From Escherichia phage JEP6, in sequence record MT764206.1: a stretch of 64,000 nucleotides of DNA. One strand, given 5' to 3'. A model generated the notes under the pieces. It was not told the origin of the DNA. It made no database searches and saw only the letters and a program-made list of their open reading frames with translations. Shown piece by piece: positions 1 through 8,505 of this stretch. Positions within the stretch are counted from its first letter, which is position 1; each line of letters starts with the position of its first letter. The position numbers and the translations under genes were made by a program.

Positions 1-1
1 T

Positions 2-289
2 GGCGCAAGGTGGCAAGATATTGGTGGCGGTGGAGGAAGACCATTTGGCCCAGGAGGAGGCGGAGGTTATTCCGGTGGCGCAGCTTCTTATGATGGCCCA
101 GGAGGTGGTTATAATTATGGTAATGCTCACTCTGGCCAGGGTGGTGATGCTGGCGCAAATGGACAAAATGCCTGGCGTTATGGCGGTAAAGTTCTAAAAG
201 TTGGAGCTGGTGGCGCTGCCGGATATGCTGTTATAGGATCAGCTCCAACATGGCAAAATGTTGGAGCAATATATGGTCCAAGAGTATAA
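2..289 (+). CDS. tail-fiber adhesin gp38-like, C-terminal fragment (start lies left of window)
   Basis: Open frame from window edge to TAA 287-289; glycine-rich GGGG/PGGGG repeats and conserved C-terminal tail typical of T2/T6-type gp38 adhesins; sits just upstream of holin t as in T-even phages. Confidence 0.55.
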   Translation, partial: GARWQDIGGGGGRPFGPGGGGGYSGGAASYDGPGGGYNYGNAHSGQGGDAGANGQNAWRYGGKVLKVGAGGAAGYAVIGSAPTWQNVGAIYGPRV

Positions 290-301
290 TTTGAATAAAT
301 A
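283..301 (+). promoter_or_regulatory. possible late promoter (TATAAT..AATAAATA) for holin t
   Basis: ATAAATA at 295-301, 7/8 match to T4 late consensus TATAAATA, about 20 nt upstream of ATG 320. Confidence 0.3.
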
Positions 302-319
302 TCCTTAAAAGGAGGGTCT

Positions 320-976
320 ATGGCAGCACCTAGAATATCATTTTCGCCCTCTGATATTCTGTTGGGTGTTCTAGATCGCTTGTTCAAAGATAACGCTACC
401 GGGAAGGTTCTTGCTTCCCGAGTAGCTGTCGTAATTCTTTTATTTATGATGGCGATTGTTTGGTATAGGGGAGATAGTTTCTTTGAGTACTATAAGCAAT
501 CAAAGTATGAAACATACAGTGAAATTATTGAAAAGGAAAGAAATGCACGCTTTGAATCTGTCGCCCTGGAACAACTCCAAATAGTTCATATATCATCTGA
601 GGCAGACTTTAGTGCGGTGTATTCTTTCCGCCCTAAAAACTTAAACTATTTTGTTGATATTATAGCATACGAAGGAAAATTACCTTCAACAATAAATGAA
701 AAATCACTTGGAGGATATCCTGTTGATAAAACTATGGATGAATATACAGTTCATTTAAATGGACGTCATTATTATTCCAATTCAAAATTTGCTTTTTTAC
801 CAACTAAAAAGCCTACTCCCGAAATAAACTACATGTACAGTTGTCCATATTTCAATTTGGATAATATCTATGCTGGAACAATAACCATGTACTGGTATAG
901 AAATGATCATATAAGTAATGACCGCCTTGAATCAATATGTGCTCAGGCGGCCAGAATATTAGGAAGGGCTAAATAA
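320..976 (+). CDS. t: holin T (lysis timing)
   Basis: 218 aa, SD GGAGGG at 311-316; protein MAAPRISFSPSDIL...ARILGRAK matches T4 holin T in length and sequence. Confidence 0.9.
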   Translation: MAAPRISFSPSDILLGVLDRLFKDNATGKVLASRVAVVILLFMMAIVWYRGDSFFEYYKQSKYETYSEIIEKERNARFESVALEQLQIVHISSEADFSAVYSFRPKNLNYFVDIIAYEGKLPSTINEKSLGGYPVDKTMDEYTVHLNGRHYYSNSKFAFLPTKKPTPEINYMYSCPYFNLDNIYAGTITMYWYRNDHISNDRLESICAQAARILGRAK

Positions 977-1249
977 TTATTTGTTCGTATACATCTCTAG
1001 ATATCGATATACACCCTCAAAACCCTCGTTGAATTCGTCGATGAGGGTTTTCTTATCTTCTTGGGTTAATTCAGAAACAATTTTACGGAATGAATTCTGA
1101 TTTAACTTTCTACCTTCATGCGTTACTCCAATCTCATTCAGAAATGCAATAAAAATAGCACGATTCTCAACAATATCTTCTCTGGAAAATTTAATCAAAA
1201 TAGACGCAATAGTAATAATTTCACGAACTGTATCAATGTTTTTATTCAT
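977..1249 (-). CDS. asiA: anti-sigma70 factor AsiA
   Basis: 90 aa, MNKNIDTVREIITIASILIKF...; size, sequence and position next to t as in T4. Confidence 0.85.
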   Translation of the reverse strand: MNKNIDTVREIITIASILIKFSREDIVENRAIFIAFLNEIGVTHEGRKLNQNSFRKIVSELTQEDKKTLIDEFNEGFEGVYRYLEMYTNK

Positions 1250-1410
1250 TAACTATACCACTCAATTAGTTGACTTTGTTATAATATCATCAGACACTTG
1301 ATTTGTAAACTGGTCTGTGTTATTTTCTTCAAAAATTTTTTCTACGAATTCCTTGAACGACTCGCGTTCCTGAGCTGCATTATGCTCGATTACCATTTCA
1401 AGATTATGAC

Positions 1411-1689
1411 TCATTCGAAATAATCTTCAATTTCGTAATCATGGACATAAAACATTATAGTTTTTAATACATCATCAATACTTTTTCCTGGAGCTGGAAT
1501 TACGTAAAAATACCCCGCCTTTGAGTTATCTTTATAAGTTCCAACCAAGAAATCATTATTCTCAAGATGTAGTTCTTCAACTAATTCATTAACAATTGAA
1601 TGGTATAGGTTTGGTAGAAACTTATATAGCTTTTCTAGAATGTCAATTTTGATTGTATATTGAACCACAGATTGAGAATCAATAATCAT
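1411..1689 (-). CDS. arn: anti-restriction nuclease Arn (McrBC inhibitor)
   Basis: 92 aa acidic protein MIIDSQSVVQYTIKIDILEK...; T4 Arn size and position. Confidence 0.7.
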   Translation of the reverse strand: MIIDSQSVVQYTIKIDILEKLYKFLPNLYHSIVNELVEELHLENNDFLVGTYKDNSKAGYFYVIPAPGKSIDDVLKTIMFYVHDYEIEDYFE

Positions 1690-1772
1690 AGACCTTCCCC
1701 TTATGTTTCTGTTTGCGATTAGATTCTTTAAACGCTTTCTTTTTATCTTTATGGACAGAAGCTTTATTAAAA

Positions 1773-1991
1773 TTATGTTTTGCGACTAAATTGTTCATAG
1801 TGCTGAATTACCTCTCTTAAACATTTGCATGTGAATGAAAACTTTTTAGCTACACCACATTCAAATATATGTTCTCTTAAATCGCGTGTATCGGTATATC
1901 CCATCTCAACAATAAAATGCCGTATTAGATTTTTATCTTTATCATTGAGAGAATTAAAATAATCAGATTTTGAATTAATTTCCCTGGCCAA
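1773..1991 (-). CDS. hypothetical early protein (arn-motA interval)
   Basis: 72 aa ORF in leftward operon. Confidence 0.45.
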   Translation of the reverse strand: MAREINSKSDYFNSLNDKDKNLIRHFIVEMGYTDTRDLREHIFECGVAKKFSFTCKCLREVIQHYEQFSRKT

Positions 1992-2271
1992 ATTGAATCA
2001 CCTTCAGTTGACGTTTTAACTCTTTTATCATTTCTTCGTTCATCGCAATATAAAGATCGCGTAAAGCAGGTTTTAGCGTTCCATTTATTGGAGAACTAAA
2101 TGGACATACATAATCTTTTCCTACAAGCTTTTTGGCGAATTCCATATCGCAGAACTTAAATCCCGGCTCATTGGTATAAATTCCCCAATTAGTTGACATC
2201 ATTTTATTGGCATATTCTAGTGCCTGGATTTGATTCATAATTCCATCAATTTGAAACTTTTTAATATTCAT
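1975..2271 (-). CDS. hypothetical early protein
   Basis: 98 aa ORF, stop/start coupling with neighbours. Confidence 0.5.
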   Translation of the reverse strand: MNIKKFQIDGIMNQIQALEYANKMMSTNWGIYTNEPGFKFCDMEFAKKLVGKDYVCPFSSPINGTLKPALRDLYIAMNEEMIKELKRQLKVIQFGQGN

Positions 2272-2732
2272 TAGTAAAGGTCCTCAGAGTAAAGTTCTTT
2301 TTCACTACCACCACGTTCAATACGTACTTGTCCAGCGTAAGTTGCAATAATCATTGCTTCTTCACGTGTCCAATAATTACTATATTGGTCAATAAACCCT
2401 TGGTCATCATCACAAACTTGTTGAGTAACTAATTGAGGTTTAACTACATCTAAAACTTCTGCCATATCTTTAGAATAATGACGAGCACCTGGAATAATAA
2501 GAGTTCGTCCATCTTTTAATTTAAAACGGTTGGCTGCGCAAACAATTCGTCGTTGATACTTTTGATTTTCATCCCAATATGCAGTCTGCCAACAGATTTC
2601 AGGAACTTCTTTCAGAATATCTTCTTCTGTGCATTTATAACCATGCGCTTTAAATTTTTCAACAAGACTTTCTGGAGTTTCACGAGATAAAGGAACATTC
2701 AGCATTTTTAAACGATTAATAAATGGATTCAT
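2271..2732 (-). CDS. hypothetical early protein
   Basis: 153 aa ORF, 4-nt overlap with upstream gene. Confidence 0.5.
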   Translation of the reverse strand: MNPFINRLKMLNVPLSRETPESLVEKFKAHGYKCTEEDILKEVPEICWQTAYWDENQKYQRRIVCAANRFKLKDGRTLIIPGARHYSKDMAEVLDVVKPQLVTQQVCDDDQGFIDQYSNYWTREEAMIIATYAGQVRIERGGSEKELYSEDLY

Positions 2733-3058
2733 TTAAACCATCCTTTAATACGTTGCCACAAAGTTTTCTGTTGAGCTTTGTTAACGCCAATTGAGCGAAT
2801 AACCGGTTGAGATTCCTGGAATTCTTTATAATCAGCAAGGTAAATTTCGTAAGCTGCATCTGTAAAAGAACTTATCGCTGCCATGAAATTATTGCGAATA
2901 CCTACTGGAGCATCTTTACTTTCACGAATAATCATGTATTTACCAGTCTTAATCTTTACGATAGTTCCAAGATAAGCTCCATGATACCAGATGTCCCAAC
3001 CCTCTTGAGTAGGTTCTGCACAACGACGAAGTTCATTGACAATTTCTAACTTGTTCAT
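2729..3058 (-). CDS. hypothetical early protein (motA-adjacent)
   Basis: 109 aa ORF. Confidence 0.5.
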   Translation of the reverse strand: MNKLEIVNELRRCAEPTQEGWDIWYHGAYLGTIVKIKTGKYMIIRESKDAPVGIRNNFMAAISSFTDAAYEIYLADYKEFQESQPVIRSIGVNKAQQKTLWQRIKGWFK

Positions 3059-3068
3059 TATTTATTCC

Positions 3069-3704
3069 TCACAGTTCAGATGCTACAGTGATTACGGCTT
3101 CAATGTTTTCTGCCGAGCGTTTAATGTCAAGATACACATTACCGTTTTTAGCGATTTTACATGACATTCCGATATCAGTAAATTTCTGAATATGATGTTC
3201 CATCATTTTGTATCCAAAAATTCGCATATTTCCGTTGTTGTTAATTTCAAAATTACGAATTCCGTGAGTGCGTTTTTCTAAAATAGCAAGATAGTTACTG
3301 CGGTAAGTTTCAACCTTTTTAAGAACAAATCCATTTTCATCTAACAGTTTTAACATGAAGTCTTTATCTTCTTCCATATCAGAAGTAATCTCGCGAGCTT
3401 TACGAGTTGCTCGTTTTTTCAGCAGTTCAGGAGCATTTTCCTGTGCATATAAAGTTGCTGCATTTGAAATAATATCCTGAGCTTCACCAGTAATGATTAA
3501 TCCATCACCAGATTTCTCCACCAGGCCTTTTTTAATCAATACCCCAATATTACTATTAACTACTGCGTTACCTAAATCTGGATGCACCTCACGAACTTCT
3601 GCGGCTGTAATGAAATCTTTCTTAGCAATGGTAATTAAAATCGCAGCAGTTTTTTCATTCAGAACATCGTTAGAAGCTTTGATGATGTAAGTTACTTTAG
3701 ACAT
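3069..3704 (-). CDS. motA: middle-transcription activator MotA
   Basis: 211 aa, MSKVTYIIKASNDVLNEKTAAILITIAKKDF... matches T4 MotA. Confidence 0.85.
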   Translation of the reverse strand: MSKVTYIIKASNDVLNEKTAAILITIAKKDFITAAEVREVHPDLGNAVVNSNIGVLIKKGLVEKSGDGLIITGEAQDIISNAATLYAQENAPELLKKRATRKAREITSDMEEDKDFMLKLLDENGFVLKKVETYRSNYLAILEKRTHGIRNFEINNNGNMRIFGYKMMEHHIQKFTDIGMSCKIAKNGNVYLDIKRSAENIEAVITVASEL

Positions 3705-3745
3705 TTTCTAATCTCCGTAATTCTGTATCAGTAGTTGATAGTTGT

Positions 3746-3775
3746 ATAGTACCACAGTATGCTTTGGTTGTAAAC
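3746..3775 (-). promoter_or_regulatory. early sigma70-type promoter (GTTTAC -35, TGG-TACTAT -10)
   Basis: minus strand GTTTAC, 18 nt, TGGTACTAT; about 40 nt upstream of motA ATG; member of 13-copy family. Confidence 0.55.
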
Positions 3776-3804
3776 CGTTTTGTGAAAAAATTTTAAAATA
3801 AAAA

Positions 3805-3826
3805 GGGAGAGCCGAGGCTCTCCCTA
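3805..3826 (-). terminator. GC-rich hairpin with U-run (intrinsic terminator-like)
   Basis: GGGAGAGCC-loop-GGCUCUCCC followed by U-rich run on minus-strand RNA. Confidence 0.45.
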
Positions 3827-3829
3827 AAA

Positions 3830-3979
3830 TTACTGCATGACTGTGATAACTATCATGATAACACGTTGAATTCCGAACGCAAGAAGACCTCCTGCTACAG
3901 CTGGAACAACACCTAAACCCGCCAGTAAAATGCCACCGGATACTAATGCAGCGCTTGTAATACCTATAAATGGACTCAT
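3830..3979 (-). CDS. small hydrophobic protein (49 aa), ATGA-coupled to gene 52 stop
   Basis: MSPFIGITSAALVSGGILLAGLGVV...; start overlaps gene 52 stop; below ORF-track size cutoff. Confidence 0.35.
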   Translation of the reverse strand: MSPFIGITSAALVSGGILLAGLGVVPAVAGGLLAFGIQRVIMIVITVMQ

Positions 3980-5304
3980 TTGATTTCCTCTAAATCTTTG
4001 GTGTATTCTGTAACTACATCAGTAGTTTTCCAATATTCATTTTCTTCTTTCTTAGCTTTAGCTTCTTCAGCAAGTTTCTTTGCTTCATCAGAAGTCATAT
4101 GAAAAATATTCATTCCAACTAGTTTATCAACATAAGAAGAATACATATCAATTTTAGAAAGTTCTTCGGTCAGTTCTTTGCGAGTTTTACCCTGCACAAC
4201 AATTTCACCTGAAATTACTTTCTTAATGAAATGTGCCTTGGCAAAGGCTAAACGAAATGCTGATTCAGTTTCTTTGATTTTGTTATCAATTCGTTTTTGG
4301 ACATAAGTTTTACGAACTTCAACGAAGTCTTTGATTAAATCAACTACGTTATCGTAAACTTGCAGCTTTCCTTTCTCATTAATAACGGTAATATTTTGGG
4401 AACGACGCTCAATCAACCCAAAGTCTTTCATAATTTTTGCATGGCGTTCTTCTTCATTATCGCTCAAAGAGTATTCTTTTCGGAATTTAACTTTGAATCC
4501 AAAACCATGCTCACCACAAGCATCATCCCATGTAATGAAGCCTTTATCTTCAAGTGGGTCTAAGATTTTACTCACATAAGTTTCACGATCATACTTATAC
4601 GGAATCTCAGTGATATGCATTTGAGTTCGTGAAGTAAACTTATATGTTCCACGAATTTCATATTGCCCATCAATTTCAACGACTTCACCGCGAAATTCTG
4701 GGAATTCTACCTTCGGTTTAGTTACTTTCTTTCCTTGAAGAGCTTGCAGTACAGCTTTCTTGACAGAAGAAACACTATGAGGAAGAATGTAAGTTGCATA
4801 ACCAGTTGCAATACCGGAAACACCATTAAGAAGAACAGTAGGAATAATAGGCAAATAGAAAGCAGGAGGAATGTGTTCTTTATCTTGATGTACCGGAGCA
4901 TATTCAGTATCTTTATATACGTTATAGAAATTTTTACTTACACGAGCAAAAATATAACGACTTGCTGCTGCTTTTTGAACGGTACGAGAACCAAAGTTTC
5001 CTTGACCATCTAACAGAGGAAAGTTATTATTCCAAGTGTTAGCCATCAAAGCACCTGCATCTTGTGCAGAGTTTTCACCATGATGATATCCAAGGTCCGC
5101 TACACCACCTGCAATAGAAGCGAGTTTGTGAAACTTATCTTTATTTCCTCGTGCCAAATCAAGAGCTCGAGCAATAACAAATCGTTGAACTGGCTTAAAT
5201 CCATCAATCATATTTGGAATAGCACGATTTTCAACCGTGTACATAGCATAAGCCAATGCTTCATTATCAATGATACTTTTTAAATCGCGATTATTCAGTT
5301 GCAT
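3976..5304 (-). CDS. 52: DNA topoisomerase II medium subunit (GyrA-like)
   Basis: 442 aa, MQLNNRDLKSIIDNEALAYAMYTVENRAIP... matches T4 gp52. Confidence 0.9.
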   Translation of the reverse strand: MQLNNRDLKSIIDNEALAYAMYTVENRAIPNMIDGFKPVQRFVIARALDLARGNKDKFHKLASIAGGVADLGYHHGENSAQDAGALMANTWNNNFPLLDGQGNFGSRTVQKAAASRYIFARVSKNFYNVYKDTEYAPVHQDKEHIPPAFYLPIIPTVLLNGVSGIATGYATYILPHSVSSVKKAVLQALQGKKVTKPKVEFPEFRGEVVEIDGQYEIRGTYKFTSRTQMHITEIPYKYDRETYVSKILDPLEDKGFITWDDACGEHGFGFKVKFRKEYSLSDNEEERHAKIMKDFGLIERRSQNITVINEKGKLQVYDNVVDLIKDFVEVRKTYVQKRIDNKIKETESAFRLAFAKAHFIKKVISGEIVVQGKTRKELTEELSKIDMYSSYVDKLVGMNIFHMTSDEAKKLAEEAKAKKEENEYWKTTDVVTEYTKDLEEIK

Positions 5305-5441
5305 AAATTTACCATACTAGTGAATGTAGTGCCATAATAACATCAGAAATGAAAAGCACGACTTGAATTAATCCGAACATTACTCCATAATATAGTGCTA
5401 CCAATAAAGCAGCAAGGGCTACCGAGTAGCCCAAGATTTTC

Positions 5442-5597
5442 TTAATCATTAGATAACAACGCAAATGTTAAATATGCACACATACCCTGGGCTAAAGCTT
5501 GTGAAAACACACTGCTAGCATCGATACAGATAGTTAAAACACATGCTACTATCCAACAAATAAATGAAATAACTCCTAATAATTTTGCGATATTCAT
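5442..5597 (-). CDS. ac: small membrane protein at the ac position
   Basis: 51 aa hydrophobic ORF MNIAKLLGVISFICWIVACVL... between stp and 52, as T4 ac. Confidence 0.45.
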   Translation of the reverse strand: MNIAKLLGVISFICWIVACVLTICIDASSVFSQALAQGMCAYLTFALLSND

Positions 5598-5604
5598 ATT
5601 TTCC

Positions 5605-5685
5605 TCACTGGCGTCCGAAGACGCCTTTGGTTTTAAGATTGTTACGATAGAACTGCATCACGTGTTCGTTGTGGAAATTACTCAT
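5605..5685 (-). CDS. stp: Stp peptide (26 aa), activator of host PrrC anticodon nuclease
   Basis: Manual translation [26 protein letters not shown], identical to T4 Stp as I recall it; TAATG overlap with ndd stop. Confidence 0.85.
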
Positions 5686-6143
5686 TAATATGCCTGCAAA
5701 ACAAATTTAAAGTTATCAGCCAACATACGGTTCATTTCTTCAAGTGTTTGATAATCAGAATGATGATTACGAGTAAACGCTAAAGCTAACTGACCTTTTC
5801 CAAATCCCGTCGTCAGAGGTTTCATCTTAGAAGCAGGTAGATAAAATACCGTGTATGGAACATTGTTATTTGCAATAGTACGCGCAAGCTGAGATCGACG
5901 CTGGCGAATATGACTTAAAACCGCACTGAATCCTTGCTTAGAACGCTGATTACCTACATAAAATCGTGCAGACACACATGGATTACTAAATGGACGACCA
6001 TCTAATTTACTCACTAAAAAGTAAAATCCAGGTTTAGATAAAATATCTTTATGCGGAGTTCCCAAAAACCATTCACCGTTCTTGATTGTACCAATAACGG
6101 TAGCGCCTGCATCATTCAGATCAGTAACAGTCATATATTTCAT
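5685..6143 (-). CDS. ndd: nucleoid disruption protein Ndd
   Basis: Start taken at [10 protein letters not shown] (SD GAGGAA upstream), about 152 aa; track ORF 5685-6191 over-extended. Confidence 0.75.
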
Positions 6144-6203
6144 ATTAATTTCCTCTAAATTATTTTCTACTCCAAGGCCGCATGAATACACACGGCCATT
6201 AAA

Positions 6204-6419
6204 TTAATCGTCGCAGTCGACGCTCAATTCCCAAAACTCTTCTACGGTATAAGTTTCAGTATCATTTTCAATACAGAAACGTTCATTACTATTATTTGCT
6301 AAAGTAGCATTAACTGTCGGTTTCTCGCTAGTGCTCTTAAGAGGTGAAATACGAATTAACTGATCACCGTTATCTAAACAGAAAATTTCACCAACTTTTA
6401 CATCTTTAAAGCTTTTCAT
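6204..6419 (-). CDS. hypothetical early protein
   Basis: 71 aa ORF. Confidence 0.45.
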   Translation of the reverse strand: MKSFKDVKVGEIFCLDNGDQLIRISPLKSTSEKPTVNATLANNSNERFCIENDTETYTVEEFWELSVDCDD

Positions 6420-6521
6420 AATTCACCTCAAGGAGTATAAAATCCAAATGCAGTTGTTGACCATCCCATCCAATATGGGAAATTTGCACCAATGTAAAAC
6501 ATAAGAATTTTAGTAAATTCA

Positions 6522-6740
6522 TCATTTTACACCATTCCAAATTGTTTCAACTACGGATTTTAAACCATTTTGATGAATATCAATTCCGACAACTGCCATC
6601 AAATAGATTCCAACTACAACTGAACCCAAGGCGAAAATCAGCATGAAAATGAATAAAGCCGGAAAAATATTATCGAAAAACCATTCAATAAATGTAAAAG
6701 CACTGCGTTTACGCTTCATATTTTCCTCACATAAATCCAA
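6522..6740 (-). CDS. hypothetical membrane protein
   Basis: 72 aa, long hydrophobic segment. Confidence 0.45.
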   Translation of the reverse strand: MDLCEENMKRKRSAFTFIEWFFDNIFPALFIFMLIFALGSVVVGIYLMAVVGIDIHQNGLKSVVETIWNGVK

Positions 6741-6840
6741 AGTAAACGTTTAATACATCAATCATTAAAACGATTGGGAATATACTCAAAACTATTAGTA
6801 TTATAACTACATTCCATATAGCTTTAACAATCTTTTTCAT
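6727..6840 (-). CDS. small membrane protein (37 aa)
   Basis: Start at MKKIVKAIWNVV with SD GGAGGAACAG; the 82-aa track ORF runs through the upstream promoter so is over-extended. Confidence 0.4.
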   Translation of the reverse strand: MKKIVKAIWNVVIILIVLSIFPIVLMIDVLNVYFGFM

Positions 6841-6868
6841 TTTCTGTTCCTCCGTAGTTGATAGGATA

Positions 6869-6898
6869 ATAATACCACAGAGGAACAGTCTTGTAAAC
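6869..6898 (-). promoter_or_regulatory. early promoter (GTTTAC / TGGTATTAT)
   Basis: 18-nt spacing, family member. Confidence 0.5.
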
Positions 6899-7083
6899 AA
6901 CTTTTTTAAAAATATTCGTAATAAATGTGAATACCAACTACTACCGCTGAAACCTGTGCAACCCACCACGCACAAGCAATAAGTACAGAATTCATAATTT
7001 TCATAATAACCTCATTACAAAAGTAAATGTTAAACAAATTACTGGAATACTAATTAACCAAACAAAACACCACCATAATGAAC

Positions 7084-7347
7084 TCATAGCTCAATCTCAA
7101 TGATTTCAAGATTATTTTCTTTAATAGCTTTCTTTAAATCATCGTAAATAAGAACTTCCCAAGAATTGTTTAAATCACCATTCAACAAACGCTCTTGTTG
7201 CAATTTATCAGTAAGATATGGTTGATCTGATTCATATTTAGACAATCCCAATGAAATAAATGATGTTGCATCATCAATTTCAGAATATTGTACATAAACA
7301 AATTCACCTGTGATTTTATGTTTAACATAAAAGAATTTAAATTTCAT
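7084..7347 (-). CDS. hypothetical early protein
   Basis: 87 aa, SD GGAGGAG then ATG. Confidence 0.5.
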   Translation of the reverse strand: MKFKFFYVKHKITGEFVYVQYSEIDDATSFISLGLSKYESDQPYLTDKLQQERLLNGDLNNSWEVLIYDDLKKAIKENNLEIIEIEL

Positions 7348-7374
7348 TTTTACTCCTCCGTAGCTGATAGTTGT

Positions 7375-7404
7375 ATAGTACCACAGTCCTTGTGGTATGT
7401 AAAC
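7375..7404 (-). promoter_or_regulatory. early promoter (GTTTAC / TGGTACTAT)
   Basis: Family member; leader carries SD of 7084-7347 gene. Confidence 0.55.
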
Positions 7405-7420
7405 TGTTTTGTGAAAATTT

Positions 7421-7978
7421 TTAAATGGAAAGATACCATCCGTTGTAGTTGCTTTTTCTTACAACCTTACGAAGGTCTTCTCTGTCACCGATGAACTTCG
7501 GAGTGTACTGGATGACACCTGGATGAATTTCTTTAGTGTTGAATATAATTATACAGTCAGCGACTTGATGATTTAGAATGGGCCCTAGATTTATTCCAGA
7601 ACCATATGGATACTCTCCGCTGCATCCGGTTGTTACCGAAATCCAACGTGAGTCAGTTTGATGTGTCTTAACTTCTACACGAAGCCCGCAGTATTTTGGA
7701 TGTGCTAAAACATCCCATGCATATGTGTACGGATCATCGACATCTTCTTGGCCTTTATTGACATATCCGCTTAGCCAATCTGCCACAAAAAACTCTGCGT
7801 ACACAGCGATACGGCATCTTTCGATAACTTCTGCTTTATCCTGGTTCGGGTTTTGTTTTAAAGAGTATCTTGCTGTATCAGCAATTTTGACCTTCATTTC
7901 ACTAGTCAAGTCACTGTTCGATAGGGTAAATGTCGGAATCTGAAATAGTCTCTGTAAACCTGGATTCGTTTTCTGCAT
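7421..7978 (-). CDS. denB: endonuclease IV (dC-DNA specific) DenB
   Basis: 185 aa, ATG with SD AAAGGAAAG; size and position as T4 denB. Confidence 0.75.
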   Translation of the reverse strand: MQKTNPGLQRLFQIPTFTLSNSDLTSEMKVKIADTARYSLKQNPNQDKAEVIERCRIAVYAEFFVADWLSGYVNKGQEDVDDPYTYAWDVLAHPKYCGLRVEVKTHQTDSRWISVTTGCSGEYPYGSGINLGPILNHQVADCIIIFNTKEIHPGVIQYTPKFIGDREDLRKVVRKSNYNGWYLSI

Positions 7979-8240
7979 TTAGACTTTCCTTTTTACCACT
8001 AAGATAAGCGTTATATACTTTAAGAGTACCATAATAAATTCGATCATTTTCATCTAAAGAATTATGATCAAGTTCATCGAGATTCTTTTTATCCATGACT
8101 ATAATATCATTGCAGTAAAGAAACCCAAGTTTTTCGTGACCAAACTCAAATTTATTGCAGTACACAATATTAGCGTGATGATTTCCGTGCAGTTTAATCT
8201 CTTTTATGTCGGAATCACCGATATTCATACAATAAATCAT
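7911..8240 (-). CDS. hypothetical protein overlapping denB start by 68 nt
   Basis: 109 aa, ATG with SD AAGGAAAAA. Confidence 0.4.
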   Translation of the reverse strand: MIYCMNIGDSDIKEIKLHGNHHANIVYCNKFEFGHEKLGFLYCNDIIVMDKKNLDELDHNSLDENDRIYYGTLKVYNAYLSGKKESLNAENESRFTETISDSDIYPIEQ

Positions 8241-8260
8241 AATTTTTCCTTAAAACAAAA

Positions 8261-8273
8261 GGGCCGAAGCCCT
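8261..8273 (-). terminator. GGGCUUCGGCCC tetraloop hairpin with U-run
   Basis: Perfect stem, UUCG loop on minus RNA, followed by UUUUGUUUU. Confidence 0.45.
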
Positions 8274-8278
8274 TTATT

Positions 8279-8473
8279 TTACTTGAATTGTGCAATTCTT
8301 TTCTCTAGACATTCAGCATAAGATTTCATTGAGATGAACTGTGAAAGTAGAAGTTCTTGCTCAACTGCACTAACCGTTAGAAACTTTGTGCTTTCTAAAA
8401 ATTTGCTCAGTGCATTAATTTTGAGCATTAATTGATCGTATTCTTCTTTTACTCGTGCTTGATAACCTAACAT
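8279..8473 (-). CDS. hypothetical early protein
   Basis: 64 aa ORF between rIIB and denB. Confidence 0.45.
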   Translation of the reverse strand: MLGYQARVKEEYDQLMLKINALSKFLESTKFLTVSAVEQELLLSQFISMKSYAECLEKRIAQFK

Positions 8474-8505
8474 AATTTTCCTTAATGTGATAAGGGCCGA
8501 AGCCC

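Noticed and set aside
178-387. 69-aa minus-strand ORF overlapping the gp38 tail and t start
   Set aside because: It is the antisense of glycine-rich gp38 coding sequence and overlaps the holin RBS; shadow ORF.
2807-3049. Plus-strand ORFs inside leftward genes (2807-3049, 3493-3690, 4360-5283, 8770-9376, 11434-11682, 13466-14587, 19652-20548, 27396-27771, 35530-37079, 40215-40631 and similar)
   Set aside because: All lie antisense within well-supported minus-strand genes, lack SDs and have biased composition; treated as shadow ORFs.
6727-6975. 82-aa ORF spanning an early promoter
   Set aside because: Its N-terminal half covers the promoter and SD of the real 37-aa ORF starting at 6840.
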